A stretch of DNA of 26,888 nt from Candidatus Aegiribacteria sp. (GTDB lineage: Bacteria; Fermentibacterota; Fermentibacteria; Fermentibacterales; JCC-6), in NCBI GenBank assembly GCA_046498225.1, contig JAWOBF010000011.1:1-26888 (forward strand). The letters run 5' to 3'. The notes below the pieces were generated by a model. That model did no database searches. It worked only from the letters and a program-made list of their open reading frames with translations, and had not been told where the DNA came from. A program made the position numbers and the translations under genes. This document shows positions 1 through 9,645 of this stretch, piece by piece. Within the stretch, counting starts at the first letter, position 1; each line of letters starts with the position of its first letter.

Positions 1-609
1 CGCTCTCTTCGCAACGGCGAGCCTCACAGTGTTGGCCACCACCAGGGACAGGCTTACCGCCAAGACCAGGCCCGCCAGTATCACCAGCGTTTCCAGCATG
101 TCCACCGCCCTCGTCAGCCCCGGGAGGTACTCCTTGCCGTATATGACGTCGTCCACCCCGTCCATTCCGGATACCGTCCTGGCCACTCCTCCCACTTTCT
201 CGGAAGTCCGGTATTCCGGATGCAGGGTTATCTGGATGGAGGCGGGAAGATGGAACTGCGGGCCCAGCAGGTTGAGAAGGTCGGCCTGCTCCGGCATGTC
301 CGACCGGAATATGGCTTCCGCCTCCTGCGGGGATACGTAGTATACCGCCCGTACCCCCTCCATCTCCGATATCAGGTCGGCCAGCCGCAGGGCCTCGGTT
401 TCGCTGACGATCTCGCTGAGGAATACTTCGATGCCCACGTTCTCCTGTTCGCTCCTCAGAATGGAGCCCAGGTTCCACGAAACGATGAGGAATATGTCGA
501 AGACCATGAATGACAGGCTCACCATCAGAAGGGTTATGAGGAAGGTGGCGAGCTTCCCCCTCACGTTCATCATCCCCTCGCGGAACGCGTTTCCCAGAAG
601 ATGTATCAC
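1..609 (-). CDS. ftsX: Cell-division permease FtsX (3' end runs out of the window)
   Basis: Not in the ORF track because it has no stop inside the window. Read by hand from GTG at 609, which overlaps the ftsE stop as GTGA: MIHLLGNAFREGMMNVRGKLATFLITLLMVSLSFMVFDIFLIVSWNL...IEVFL...EGVRAVYYVSPQEAEAIF. This is the FtsX pattern of TM1 plus an extracytoplasmic domain, and the gene lies directly after ftsE. Confidence 0.9.
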   Translation of the reverse strand, partial: MIHLLGNAFREGMMNVRGKLATFLITLLMVSLSFMVFDIFLIVSWNLGSILRSEQENVGIEVFLSEIVSETEALRLADLISEMEGVRAVYYVSPQEAEAIFRSDMPEQADLLNLLGPQFHLPASIQITLHPEYRTSEKVGGVARTVSGMDGVDDVIYGKEYLPGLTRAVDMLETLVILAGLVLAVSLSLVVANTVRLAVAKRA

Positions 610-1289
610 AGCTGATCGTACCCGTCCCAGGAGCTGGGGTTGACCAGATGGCCCCTGTCCAGGTAGATGAACCTGGCCACTCCGGCCGGAACCTGCCTGG
701 GATCATGGGTGGCGAGCATAACCGCGGTACCCGACCTGTTTATCTCCACCAGAAGGTCTATCACCTTCCTGGAGACTTCCGGGTCCAGATTGCCTGTGGG
801 CTCATCCGCCAGGATTATCACCGGATGGGCCACCATAGCCCTGGCTATGGCCACTCTCTGCTGCTCACCTCCGGAAAGCTCGTGGGGAAAGGCGGCCCTC
901 CTGTGGTTCAGCTCCATTTCGGCCAGGAGGGAGAATACCCTTCTTCTCACCGCCTTGGGCGATGTTCCCGCCACCTGCAGGGGCAGCGCCACGTTGTCGT
1001 ATATGGTTCTCTCCGGCAGAAGCCGGAAATCCTGGAAGACGATGCCCAGTTTCCTCCTGAGGTGAGGCAGGTCCCTTCTGCCTATCCTGTCGGAACTGAA
1101 ACCGGCCACCTCGACGGTGCCCGAGCTGGGCAGGTCTCCCATCCAGATGTGCCTGAAAAGAGTGGTCTTGCCGGCTCCGCTGGGTCCGGAGACCACCAGG
1201 AACTCCCCCTCTTCAAGCTGCAGGTTCACCTTCTCCAGTGCGGGCCACTGGTTATAGAACCTGCTTACGTTCTGAAAGGAGACTATCAT
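606..1289 (-). CDS. ftsE: Cell-division ABC ATPase FtsE
   Basis: Walker A GPSGAGKT, the FtsE-typical LRRKLGIVFQDFRLL, signature LSGGEQQR, Walker B ILADEPTGNLD and H-loop ATHD; coupled to ftsX. Confidence 0.93.
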   Translation of the reverse strand: MIVSFQNVSRFYNQWPALEKVNLQLEEGEFLVVSGPSGAGKTTLFRHIWMGDLPSSGTVEVAGFSSDRIGRRDLPHLRRKLGIVFQDFRLLPERTIYDNVALPLQVAGTSPKAVRRRVFSLLAEMELNHRRAAFPHELSGGEQQRVAIARAMVAHPVIILADEPTGNLDPEVSRKVIDLLVEINRSGTAVMLATHDPRQVPAGVARFIYLDRGHLVNPSSWDGYDQL

Positions 1290-1549
1290 CAGCCACTACC
1301 CTCGACGATGCTGAAATAGTCCGGCCGGTCCTTCCTGGAAACCTGTCCCGTGGCGGGAATGTCCGTGACCCGTATGGAAAGGCTGGAGCCGTCGGGTCTT
1401 ATTATGGTGATCACCTCGTTCCCGCTCACCGTATGGGAAGGTTTCAGCTTTCGACCATCCATGGATACGAACCCGCCTGAAGCCGCCCTGCCCGCGGCCG
1501 AACGGGTCTTGAATATTCCGATTAGCTTGAGGTATACGTCAATCCTCAA
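1289..1549 (-). CDS. Small S4-domain RNA-binding protein (RqcP/YabO/Hsp15 family)
   Basis: 86 aa with a TTG start. MRIDVYLK...FKTRSAA...GGFVSMDG..LKPSHTV is an S4 motif; there is no Hsp15-type long C-terminal tail. Confidence 0.85.
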   Translation of the reverse strand: MRIDVYLKLIGIFKTRSAAGRAASGGFVSMDGRKLKPSHTVSGNEVITIIRPDGSSLSIRVTDIPATGQVSRKDRPDYFSIVEGSG

Positions 1550-2777
1550 CTGCGTCCGCGTCTTCCAGGAGGTAGACCACCGGGATCCGGCGTCTGAGGG
1601 AATCCACCACTGACCGGTAGGTGTCCTGGTAGATAACCTGCTGCACCAGGTTGTTTATCTCGCGGGAGCTGTAGGAGCTCCAGTCCACGTCGCCGGAACC
1701 CTCCTGCAGCCGTATTATCGCCACGCCCCCGGTTTCCTCCAGCAGTACGGGGCCCGAAATCCCGCCGGGCTCAAGGTCCTCCACCTCCCGGGCAATCTCC
1801 GGTATCCACAGTTTCAGGGGTACTATTCCCATGTCGCCGCCCAGGTCCGCGGAAGACCTGTCCATGCTGTACCGGGCCGCGGCCTCCTCGAAGGACATGC
1901 CGGATACCTCCATCTCCCGGATTATGTCCTCCGCTCGCATCAGCGTGTTCTCAACGTCGGCGCTGTCCACCTCCACCAGTCTCAGTATGTGGCTGGCGGT
2001 GACGGTGCCGTCCTCGCCCCTGCTCTCGAGCCTTATCAGGTGAACGCCGAAAGAGGTCGCCACCGGCTGGCTCACCTCGCCGGGCTCCAGGGAGAACGCC
2101 GCCTCCTCGAAGGCGTACGTCATCTCTCCCGGTCCGAAGGTGCCCAGGTACCCGCCGGCGGCTGCCGAGCCGTCGTCCGAGTACTGCATTGCCAGTTCCT
2201 CGAACGACTCTCCCGCCATTATCCTGGACCTGAGCTCAAGCATCTCGTCCACCGCCTCATGGTACTCGGGACCGGAGGGAAGGACGGGAAGGTATATCCA
2301 TCCAACCCTGCGGGGCATTACAAGCTCCTCCACCAGCTCCGCGCTGGCGGAAAGGAAGGTCTCCGGACTCACCGACATGTTGTTGATAGCCTCCTGGACC
2401 TTTCTGCCCAGGAATATCTGGGCGGACCTGTCATCCGCCAGGTAGCTCGCGAGGTATTCCCTGTCAATGGAGGCCAGCCGGGGGTCGTTCTCCAGCTCCT
2501 CCTCCACCAGAGCCCTTATCTCATCCTCGGTGGGATAGTATCCGGCTTCGATCCCGGCCTGGACCAGGAGGCGGTTCTCCACAAGCTCCTCCAGAGCCTG
2601 ACGGTAGCCGGCGGTAGATGTAAGGGCCTGAAAATCCCCCCCGGTCTCCCCAAAATCCGTTCCGGTGAGAAGGTCCATGACCTGGGAATGCAGGACGGGA
2701 CTCTCCCCCACAAGCGCTACCGTCTTTTCCAGCGGAACCATGCCGCCCGTAATCAGCAAGGCAAGGATCAGGGTCAT
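1539..2777 (-). CDS. SurA-like periplasmic chaperone with two parvulin (PpiC) domains
   Basis: Short hydrophobic N-terminus and a SurA-N-like region (VALVGESPV...LEELVENRLLVQAG). Rotamase motifs: GESFEELAMQYSDD..GGYLG..FEEAAFSL.PGEVSQPV.TSFGVHLI and SHIL...SFEEAAARYSMD..GGDMG. Confidence 0.85.
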   Translation of the reverse strand: MTLILALLITGGMVPLEKTVALVGESPVLHSQVMDLLTGTDFGETGGDFQALTSTAGYRQALEELVENRLLVQAGIEAGYYPTEDEIRALVEEELENDPRLASIDREYLASYLADDRSAQIFLGRKVQEAINNMSVSPETFLSASAELVEELVMPRRVGWIYLPVLPSGPEYHEAVDEMLELRSRIMAGESFEELAMQYSDDGSAAAGGYLGTFGPGEMTYAFEEAAFSLEPGEVSQPVATSFGVHLIRLESRGEDGTVTASHILRLVEVDSADVENTLMRAEDIIREMEVSGMSFEEAAARYSMDRSSADLGGDMGIVPLKLWIPEIAREVEDLEPGGISGPVLLEETGGVAIIRLQEGSGDVDWSSYSSREINNLVQQVIYQDTYRSVVDSLRRRIPVVYLLEDADAVED

Positions 2778-3679
2778 CGGTCCCCTCCTCCGTCGCTGTC
2801 CGCGCCCGACCCGGCCGGTCTTCCCCGGGACAGGAGCAGGGTATCAATGTACGTTTCTCTCTCCATGCGGGCCACCTCCAGCAGGCTGTCCCTGGAGGCC
2901 GTCATCCGGTTCCTGTAAATATCATCGGCCACCGCCCGGACAACCCTGGCGGTATCCTCCAGCGGCCTCTCTTCCGTCACCATGATGATGTGCCAGCCGT
3001 AGGGGCTCTCCACCGGATCACCCAGTCCGTCCGGCAGCGCGGCGTCCCTCGGTATCCCGTAGGCCATGAGCTCTCCGGCGGTCATGAAACCCAGATCTCC
3101 GCCTGTGCCGGCTTTCTGTCCGATGGACAGGTTCTCGGCGGTTATCTGAAAATTCTCTCCGAGGGAGAGCCTTCCATGGACTGAATCCGCCATCTGCCTG
3201 GTGGATACCAGAATCTGGTGGTAGTGCCTCTCCACCATGTAGGCGGGGCTGTCCGACTGCATGTACCGGAACACTTCAGCGCTGTCGGGGAAGGAAATTC
3301 CGCTGTAGGTCCTGGAAAGCAGCTCGTCCCTCAGGTATATCTGCCTTACCCTGTCCTGAAGGAGCCTGCTGCGCCTGGGGTTTTCCAGACCGCTCTCTCG
3401 GGCCATGCCGGCAAGCAGTTCGTCCTCCACCCATACCTCCAGCAGGGAGGGGTCATCTATTCCGATGACGGGCAGGTCCTCGTGGTATATCATCGAGCCG
3501 CCCACACTTGCCGCCACCGGGCTGTCCGTCTGAACTCCGTCGTCATAGGCACCGGTCGCGTCCACGGGGTCTTCCACACGACGGGTCACTCCCAGGACCA
3601 CAACCGTGGTGGCCGCCGCCGCCACCGCCGCCAGGGTCCAGACGGCCCAGACGAGAGACCTGCCGTTAGAGCTGCTCAA
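2774..3679 (-). CDS. Membrane-anchored PpiC/parvulin-domain protein
   Basis: N-terminal TM helix (LVWAVWTLAAVAAAATTVVVLG) and a parvulin motif (QILV..GENFQITAENLS..GGDLGF..PVESPYGWHII). I moved the start from the track's 3727 to TTG 3679, which has AAAGG upstream and only a short overlap with the previous gene. Confidence 0.8.
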   Translation of the reverse strand: MSSSNGRSLVWAVWTLAAVAAAATTVVVLGVTRRVEDPVDATGAYDDGVQTDSPVAASVGGSMIYHEDLPVIGIDDPSLLEVWVEDELLAGMARESGLENPRRSRLLQDRVRQIYLRDELLSRTYSGISFPDSAEVFRYMQSDSPAYMVERHYHQILVSTRQMADSVHGRLSLGENFQITAENLSIGQKAGTGGDLGFMTAGELMAYGIPRDAALPDGLGDPVESPYGWHIIMVTEERPLEDTARVVRAVADDIYRNRMTASRDSLLEVARMERETYIDTLLLSRGRPAGSGADSDGGGDR

Positions 3680-4481
3680 GGAGCCTTTCCGGGTAGATAC
3701 GGACCACGTGGTCTTCCTCCAGGTCATCCACCGCGGCCATTATGGCTTCCTCCTGCAAGGCCTGGGTGAGTTCCGTGGCGACTACCTGCCTTATCTCCTG
3801 TTCGTCGGGCTCCGGCGAAAGAGACCGGGTCTCAACGACCTTTATTATGTGATAGCCGGCTCCGGTTTCCACAACATCGCTGACCTCTCCCTCGGAAAGC
3901 CTGAAGGCGGCTTCATCGAAGGCCATGTAGCCTGACTGACCCCTGGTTATCCAGCCCAGGTCTCCGCCGTTCTCTCCGCTGGGTCCGATGGAATACTCCT
4001 GCGCCAGTGACGCGAAATCGGAACCCGCCCTTATCCTGGCGAGGATGGAAGTGGCCAGGTTGGGATCCTCCACCACTATGTGCCTGACGTGAGCGCTCTT
4101 CCTGTAGGAGTCCATCCACTCGTCTACGTAGTTCTCCACCTCCAGCTGGGAAGGCTGGAGCCCCGATACTATATCCGACATGTAGGCTTCAAGGAGGATC
4201 TGTCTCTCTGCCTGCTCCAGCATGCTCACAACCTCCGGGTCCGTCTCCAGCCCGGCATTCCTGGCCGCCTGGACCAGAAGCTCCTCCCGGACCCACGACT
4301 GGAGCACCTCGGCGGCTCCGGCCTCGGAGGATATTCCCAGGTAGGGAATGTTCTGGGCCCCTCCTATCATTGCAAGAACCTGTTCCCAGGTGAGCTGGGC
4401 ATCGTCAACCGTTGCCAGCACCTGGGAGAACAGCATTCCAGGCAGGGCGAACAGCAGGATCGCAAGCGACATTCTATTCAT
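3666..4481 (-). CDS. PrsA/PpiC-type peptidyl-prolyl isomerase / foldase with signal peptide
   Basis: Signal peptide MNRMSLAILLFALPGMLFS, then VLATVD and RHIVV...GSDFASLAQEYS.GPS..NGGDLGW...FDEAAF.L..GEVSDVVET.AGYHIIKV. Start placed at ATG 4481, which follows GGAGG (track start 4493). Confidence 0.88.
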   Translation of the reverse strand: MNRMSLAILLFALPGMLFSQVLATVDDAQLTWEQVLAMIGGAQNIPYLGISSEAGAAEVLQSWVREELLVQAARNAGLETDPEVVSMLEQAERQILLEAYMSDIVSGLQPSQLEVENYVDEWMDSYRKSAHVRHIVVEDPNLATSILARIRAGSDFASLAQEYSIGPSGENGGDLGWITRGQSGYMAFDEAAFRLSEGEVSDVVETGAGYHIIKVVETRSLSPEPDEQEIRQVVATELTQALQEEAIMAAVDDLEEDHVVRIYPERLLEQL

Positions 4482-4527
4482 TTTATCCTCCATTGGTTCA
4501 AGACTTCATCGGTCCAGAAGGGCGCTG

Positions 4528-6156
4528 TCAGTATACGGAACTCCATGGATCGATCTCACTGACCAGCGCGCTGTCAATCTCTATACTGTAAGCATCCCAG
4601 AGTTCCAGAAGATAGTCCTCCAGCCTCCGGTCGACCATCGCCCGGCGGCAGTCCTCCATCAGTCTCGGAAGGATGTACATGGGATCGGTCTCCCCCTCAG
4701 GGATGATGTCCACCACACGGAAGAACACGAAAACCTCGTCCTCCGGATGGTCCACCGGCCCGGTGAATACACCCTCTTCGGCTTCGAACACCTGTTCGCC
4801 GTAGGACCCGTACATCTCCAGGGGACAGGGTTCGGTGGGCACGAGGTTGCCCAGGGAATCCGACCGGCTGTAGTACATCTCCAGTTCCTCGAAGGACGAG
4901 ACCTGTCCCTCGGGCATCCACTCGTAGGGAACGTAGACCACCTCTATGGACCGTAGTTCCGGTATTTGGTAAAGGTGAGCGTTCTCCCGGTAGTATTCCA
5001 GGGCCGTCGCCGTATCCACCGGGGTCCCGCCCGTGAGAACCCGGCTCTTCAGAACAATGTCGGTTACGGTCAGTTCCCTCTCCTGTTCCGGCCAGGTGAG
5101 CCCCTCCTGCTCCGCCAGAGCGGCCTGCCTCTCTATCTCCGCCAGCCCCTCCACGTAGACCCAGAGGTCGACCTCGGGGTCCAGCATCGGCCGGGGCAGC
5201 ATGCAGGGGGTGAAATCCTCCGGAACGCCCCGGAAGAAGTTCTCGTCCCTGATCATCATGGCGGTGCTGACAACCTCATCGGCAGTGAGATCCCCGCCGG
5301 GGAAACCTGCCACCCGAAGACCGCGGTCCAGTTCATCCGAGGAGGTGAAGGAATAACCGCCGTCCTCCAGGATGAAATGTTCCGCCAGTTTCTCAACTCC
5401 CGGCGATAGGACGGTAATTTCTCTTCTTTCATCCAGTTTCGACGCTATGTAGTATCTTGCCGCCGCGGGAACGCTGTATTCCGGCGTCTCCGTCTGGGAA
5501 GTATCCACGGTGAATACCGCCCAGGCGCCGTAGAGTTCTGTCATCGAAGGGCCCTGTCCGGCATGTTCGAGCATGATCCGGGCCATTTCGGGGTTGCCCG
5601 AGAAGAGGGTGAAAAAGCTGCCCTGGAAATCGAGATAGCTGGAGTTTTCCCGGCTCCAGGGAGCCAGCGCCATTCCTTCCGCGGGCCGGCCGGGACTCCG
5701 GGCCCTCCACTCCTCCAGCACCTCCAGCGCCGAAAGGCTGTCCCTCATCAGAACGGCCGACAGGGAGGTCTCGATGGACATCAGGCTGTCTATCCGGGAG
5801 GTGTCCAGGTCCGCGGAGTAGATATCATCCAGCTCCTCCTCCAGCCACCGGCGGGCGAGCCAGAGTTCCCTGGATATCTCCAGCCAGTCCTCCAGCTCCG
5901 GCAGCTGCATCTTCTCCGCTTCGGCCAGAAGGGCCTCCCTGTACGCCATCCTGGTTACCAGGGCGAGCTTCCCTCCCGGCTCCAGAACGCTTACCTGGTC
6001 GTCGGGCAGGAGGTTATCGAACTCCCTGTGAAAATCCTCCTCGGTCACCTCTATGCCGGAACCTCTGGCAAGGACCTTCTCATCCCCCCCTCCGCAGGAG
6101 AGAGGGAACAGAACGGCAGCGAGCGCGATCGAACACAATATCTTGGAATAAGGCAA
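4528..6156 (-). CDS. Large lipoprotein with degenerate SurA/PrsA-like foldase domains
   Basis: Lipobox-like FPLSC-GGG after a hydrophobic stretch, and a PrsA-like N-region (KVLARGSGIEVTEEDF...LLAEAEKMQL). The C-terminal part resembles a PPIase (EYYREN..LYQIPELRSIEVVYV...VFEAEEGVFTGPV...LEDYLLELWDAYSIEID). Start placed at TTG 6156 with AAAGGA upstream (track start 6267). Confidence 0.65.
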   Translation of the reverse strand: MPYSKILCSIALAAVLFPLSCGGGDEKVLARGSGIEVTEEDFHREFDNLLPDDQVSVLEPGGKLALVTRMAYREALLAEAEKMQLPELEDWLEISRELWLARRWLEEELDDIYSADLDTSRIDSLMSIETSLSAVLMRDSLSALEVLEEWRARSPGRPAEGMALAPWSRENSSYLDFQGSFFTLFSGNPEMARIMLEHAGQGPSMTELYGAWAVFTVDTSQTETPEYSVPAAARYYIASKLDERREITVLSPGVEKLAEHFILEDGGYSFTSSDELDRGLRVAGFPGGDLTADEVVSTAMMIRDENFFRGVPEDFTPCMLPRPMLDPEVDLWVYVEGLAEIERQAALAEQEGLTWPEQERELTVTDIVLKSRVLTGGTPVDTATALEYYRENAHLYQIPELRSIEVVYVPYEWMPEGQVSSFEELEMYYSRSDSLGNLVPTEPCPLEMYGSYGEQVFEAEEGVFTGPVDHPEDEVFVFFRVVDIIPEGETDPMYILPRLMEDCRRAMVDRRLEDYLLELWDAYSIEIDSALVSEIDPWSSVY

Positions 6157-6220
6157 TTGATCAATCCTTTCATCAGGCACTGTGACCGGGAGCCCGGAAG
6201 GTGCTTTCCCCGAACAGGGA

Positions 6221-6250
6221 AATATAAGGGATACACTCCCTTCTTCACCA
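6221..6250 (-). promoter_or_regulatory. Candidate promoter for the parvulin-S4-ftsEX block
   Basis: Minus strand TGGTGA-N18-TATATT in the gap of about 117 bp after mfd. It resembles the motifs upstream of upp and of the 22984 gene. Confidence 0.35.
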
Positions 6251-6273
6251 CCTCGGGCGTCATGCAAAATGGG

Positions 6274-9200
6274 TTATTCGGTCTGCAGGAACCTGATGAG
6301 GTCCACTACCCTCTCGACCTTCTCACTCTCCCCGAGACCCCTCAGGGCGACCGTCATGATTATTCGGCCGGTCTTCTCCACGCTGACGCTCACCCTGGCG
6401 TCCCCGGGAAGCGTCCGGGTGGCCTGGACCCCGGGACTGAAGACCAGCCTGGCATGGGAACCGCTGACCACGACCTCCTCTATTCCGGAGCGCCTGGCAA
6501 GGCAGCCGGTCCTTGCCCTGAGGACACAGTTCCTCACCGGCTCCTCCGGTTCTCCGTACCTGTCGGACAGGTACTCGGCCCACCGGTCGATATCCTTCTC
6601 GCTCCGCGCCCTCCAGAAGCTCCTGTAGATACGAACCCTCTCGGAAACGTCCGGAACGTAGGAGGGAGGAATGTAGGAGTCTCCCGGTATCTCCACCCTC
6701 ACATCGGGCATGGGGCCGCTCTCCTCACCCTTCAGCCTGGCCGCCTCCTCCCTTATCAGCTCCTCGAACATGGAGTAGCCGATGGATACCATCTGGCCGT
6801 GCTGTGAGGAGCCCAGCAGCTCTCCCGCGCCCCTTATCTCCAGGTCCCTCATGGCTATGTTCCAGCCGGAGCCCAGCTCCGTGAACCTTCTTACCGCATC
6901 CAGCCGATTCCTGGCCTCGGGCCTGAGCTTCCTGCCCTGCGGCACCACCAGGTAGCAGTACGCCTGGTGATGGCTTCTGCCCACTCTTCCCCTGAGCTGG
7001 TAGAGGTCCGCCAGGCCGAACATGTGAGCGTTGTCTATCACCATGGTGTTGACCCTGGGTAGATCCAGTCCGGATTCTATTATGGAAGTGCAGAGCAGTA
7101 CATCGTACTTCTGCTCCATAAAATCGTGCATCACCTTCTCCAGGTTCCTTGGACTCATCCTGCCGTGAGCCACCACGGTCCTCACACCGGGCAGTATGGA
7201 ATGAAGTTTCTCCCTGACACCCTCGATTGACTGTATCCTGTTATGGACGAAAAATACCTGCCCCTCCCTCTCCAGTTCCCTCTTCACGGCTTTCGCTATA
7301 ATGCCGGGGTTGAAGTTGATGAGCTCGGTGTGTATCGGGTACCTGTCCCGAGGAGGGGTGGCTATTACGGATATGTCACGAAATCCGGAGAGGGCCATGT
7401 GAAGCGTCCTCGGGATAGGCGTGGCCGTCATGGCCAGTGTATCCACACCCGTTCTGAGTTCCCTCAGATATTCCTTCTGCCTGACCCCGAAACGGTGCTC
7501 CTCGTCTATTACCAGCAGTCCCAGGTTGTGGAACCTCACGTCTTTCTGCAGCAGCCTGTGCGTCCCCACTACGATATCCACCTCGCCCAGGGCCAGGTCC
7601 CGCACCGTCTGCCTTATCTCCGCCGGCGTCCTGAATCTGCTGAGCATGTCTATCCTCACCGGGAACTCCGCCAGCCTGTCCCTGAACGTGAAGTAGTGCT
7701 GCTCGGCCAGCACGGTTGTGGGAACAAGAACGGCGGCCTGGAAACCGGCGTCCACCGCCCTGTAGGCGGCCCGGATGGCCACTTCCGTCTTGCCGTAGCC
7801 CACATCCCCGCAGACCAGCCTGTCCATGGGTATGTCCCTTCTGAAATCGTTCCCGACCATCTCTATGGTCTTCAGCTGGTCCGGGGTCTCCTCGTAGGGA
7901 AAACTCCTCTCCAGGGACTTCACCCTGTGCCCCGGAGGTCCCGGGGGTTCCCTCTTCATGGCTTTTCGTCCCGCGTAGATGGCGGCCAGCCTTCCCGCTA
8001 TCTCAGTGGCTTTCCTCCTTGCCGCGGACACCCTGTTGTCCCAGGAGGCTCCCCCTATCTTGTCCAGCCTGGGCCGCGCCTTCTCCGGGGCCATGAACTT
8101 CTGCACGGAACCTATCTCGTGCATCGGCACCAGGAGCCTGTCCCCGTCCCGGTACTCGATGGCCAGGCAGTCCAGCAGCGTGCCGGAAGTCTCTATTCTC
8201 TCCATGCCCGTGAAACGGCCGATGCCGTACCTTCTGTGGACCACCAGGTCTCCCGGCGCTATCTCCGCCGCATCATCCAGCCCCTCGCCGCCCCTGTACT
8301 TCCTTACCCTCTCCGGCCTGCGCCTGCCGGACAGGAGCTTCCTCTCCGCCAGCACGGCCAGCCCCTGGTCCGGCATCTGGAAACCCTCGGAGATGGAAAG
8401 AACGGCGGTATCCAGCTCCACTTCAGCGGGCAGCAGCTCCAGGAAGGTCTCCTCCTCCGCGGGGGAATCGCACAGAACCGCTATTCTGGTGCCCTCCCTG
8501 TTCCAGCTCATGAACTGCCTGATCATCTCGCTCCGGTGACCGTGAAAGCTCACCTGGGGAACCGTGCGGTAGAAGGCGTCCACTTCGCCGGTGGGGAAGG
8601 GCAGGAAATGGACCGTCCTTCCGTGGGATCCAAGCTCCTGTCTGATATGGCCGGCGCTGAAGAAAATCCTGGAGAAACCGAACGGCACCCGTTCCGGCGT
8701 GTAGGCGTCCATGCTGAACGCAAGCGCTTCCTCCACGTGCCCCATCACCGCGTCAGGGTCGGAGACTATCACGGTCCCGTCCCCGGCCACGTAATCAAGT
8801 ATGCTCACGCAGCGGTCCAGGAACACGGGGAGGTAATATTCAATTCCGGGAAAATCATTGGCGGTCCACAGCTTCCGGCTAAGGTGGCACTCCTCGGGAA
8901 CCACTTCCATGGCCCGGTTCCAGTGGTCCGGCGAGAGCACGACCTCCCTGGCGGGAAGGAGCGTGCATTCCGGCAGGTTCCGAATGCTTCTCTGGGACCT
9001 CTGGTCGAAGGAGCGGAGGGATTCCAGCTGGTCCCCGAAGAATTCCAGCCTTACAGGGTTCTCCATGCCGTAGGTGCCAACGTCCAGGATGCCTCCCCTC
9101 CTTGCCCATCTCGCCTGTTCCCACACACCCTCCTCCTTCAGGTACCCCGCCGCCAGCAGCCAGGATTCCAGCCGGTCTATGGAAAGGCGCATGCCCCGGT

Positions 9201-9639
9201 AGAGCCTGAAGCAGGTGAAGTTCGAAGGTGGAGGTATCTTCTTCACCAGAGCCGAAGCCGGCATGACGACCAGCTTGCCGCTGCCGCCGCTCTTCAGGCC
9301 GGCCATGCATTCTATTCGGTCGGATATGACGCCCGGATGCGCCGGTTCACCCTCGAAGGGGAGGGTCTCGTAGGACGGGAAATACAGCACGCTGCCCAGA
9401 ATGCCCTTAAGGTCGTCCCTCAGGCTCTCCGCCCGGGAGGGCGTGGGGGCTATGAGAACGGTGGGGCCGGCCAGCCGGTGGATGGAGGCGGCGGCGAAGG
9501 AGATGGATGAGCCGCAGAGCCCGCCTACGGTCGTAGTGCCCTCGGATGTGAGGGCGGAGAGCGTACGCCCGAAGACCGAATCCCAGAAGAACTCGTTCTT
9601 CACCCAGTCGCGAAGCTGCCCGTTCCCGCCGTCCGTCAT
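6274..9639 (-). CDS. mfd: Transcription-repair coupling factor Mfd
   Basis: UvrB-like N-terminus (RRGGILDV, NPVRLEFFGD), RID domain (GDLVVHRRYGIGRF), and helicase motifs DRLVCGDVGYGKTEVA, DEEHRFGV, TATPIPRTL, QLRGRVGRS; TRG motif RDLEIRGAGELLG..QHG; 1121 aa. Confidence 0.98.
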   Translation of the reverse strand: MTDGGNGQLRDWVKNEFFWDSVFGRTLSALTSEGTTTVGGLCGSSISFAAASIHRLAGPTVLIAPTPSRAESLRDDLKGILGSVLYFPSYETLPFEGEPAHPGVISDRIECMAGLKSGGSGKLVVMPASALVKKIPPPSNFTCFRLYRGMRLSIDRLESWLLAAGYLKEEGVWEQARWARRGGILDVGTYGMENPVRLEFFGDQLESLRSFDQRSQRSIRNLPECTLLPAREVVLSPDHWNRAMEVVPEECHLSRKLWTANDFPGIEYYLPVFLDRCVSILDYVAGDGTVIVSDPDAVMGHVEEALAFSMDAYTPERVPFGFSRIFFSAGHIRQELGSHGRTVHFLPFPTGEVDAFYRTVPQVSFHGHRSEMIRQFMSWNREGTRIAVLCDSPAEEETFLELLPAEVELDTAVLSISEGFQMPDQGLAVLAERKLLSGRRRPERVRKYRGGEGLDDAAEIAPGDLVVHRRYGIGRFTGMERIETSGTLLDCLAIEYRDGDRLLVPMHEIGSVQKFMAPEKARPRLDKIGGASWDNRVSAARRKATEIAGRLAAIYAGRKAMKREPPGPPGHRVKSLERSFPYEETPDQLKTIEMVGNDFRRDIPMDRLVCGDVGYGKTEVAIRAAYRAVDAGFQAAVLVPTTVLAEQHYFTFRDRLAEFPVRIDMLSRFRTPAEIRQTVRDLALGEVDIVVGTHRLLQKDVRFHNLGLLVIDEEHRFGVRQKEYLRELRTGVDTLAMTATPIPRTLHMALSGFRDISVIATPPRDRYPIHTELINFNPGIIAKAVKRELEREGQVFFVHNRIQSIEGVREKLHSILPGVRTVVAHGRMSPRNLEKVMHDFMEQKYDVLLCTSIIESGLDLPRVNTMVIDNAHMFGLADLYQLRGRVGRSHHQAYCYLVVPQGRKLRPEARNRLDAVRRFTELGSGWNIAMRDLEIRGAGELLGSSQHGQMVSIGYSMFEELIREEAARLKGEESGPMPDVRVEIPGDSYIPPSYVPDVSERVRIYRSFWRARSEKDIDRWAEYLSDRYGEPEEPVRNCVLRARTGCLARRSGIEEVVVSGSHARLVFSPGVQATRTLPGDARVSVSVEKTGRIIMTVALRGLGESEKVERVVDLIRFLQTE

Positions 9640-9645
9640 CGCCGG

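Noticed and set aside
7243..9510. 755-aa plus-strand ORF antisense to mfd, and similar long antisense ORFs (1989-2918, 5563-6807, 9838-10917, 13377-14276, 23086-23994)
   Set aside because: These are shadow frames of well-supported genes in GC-rich DNA. They have no recognisable motifs and show the His/Pro/Gln/Val-rich composition typical of antisense translation.
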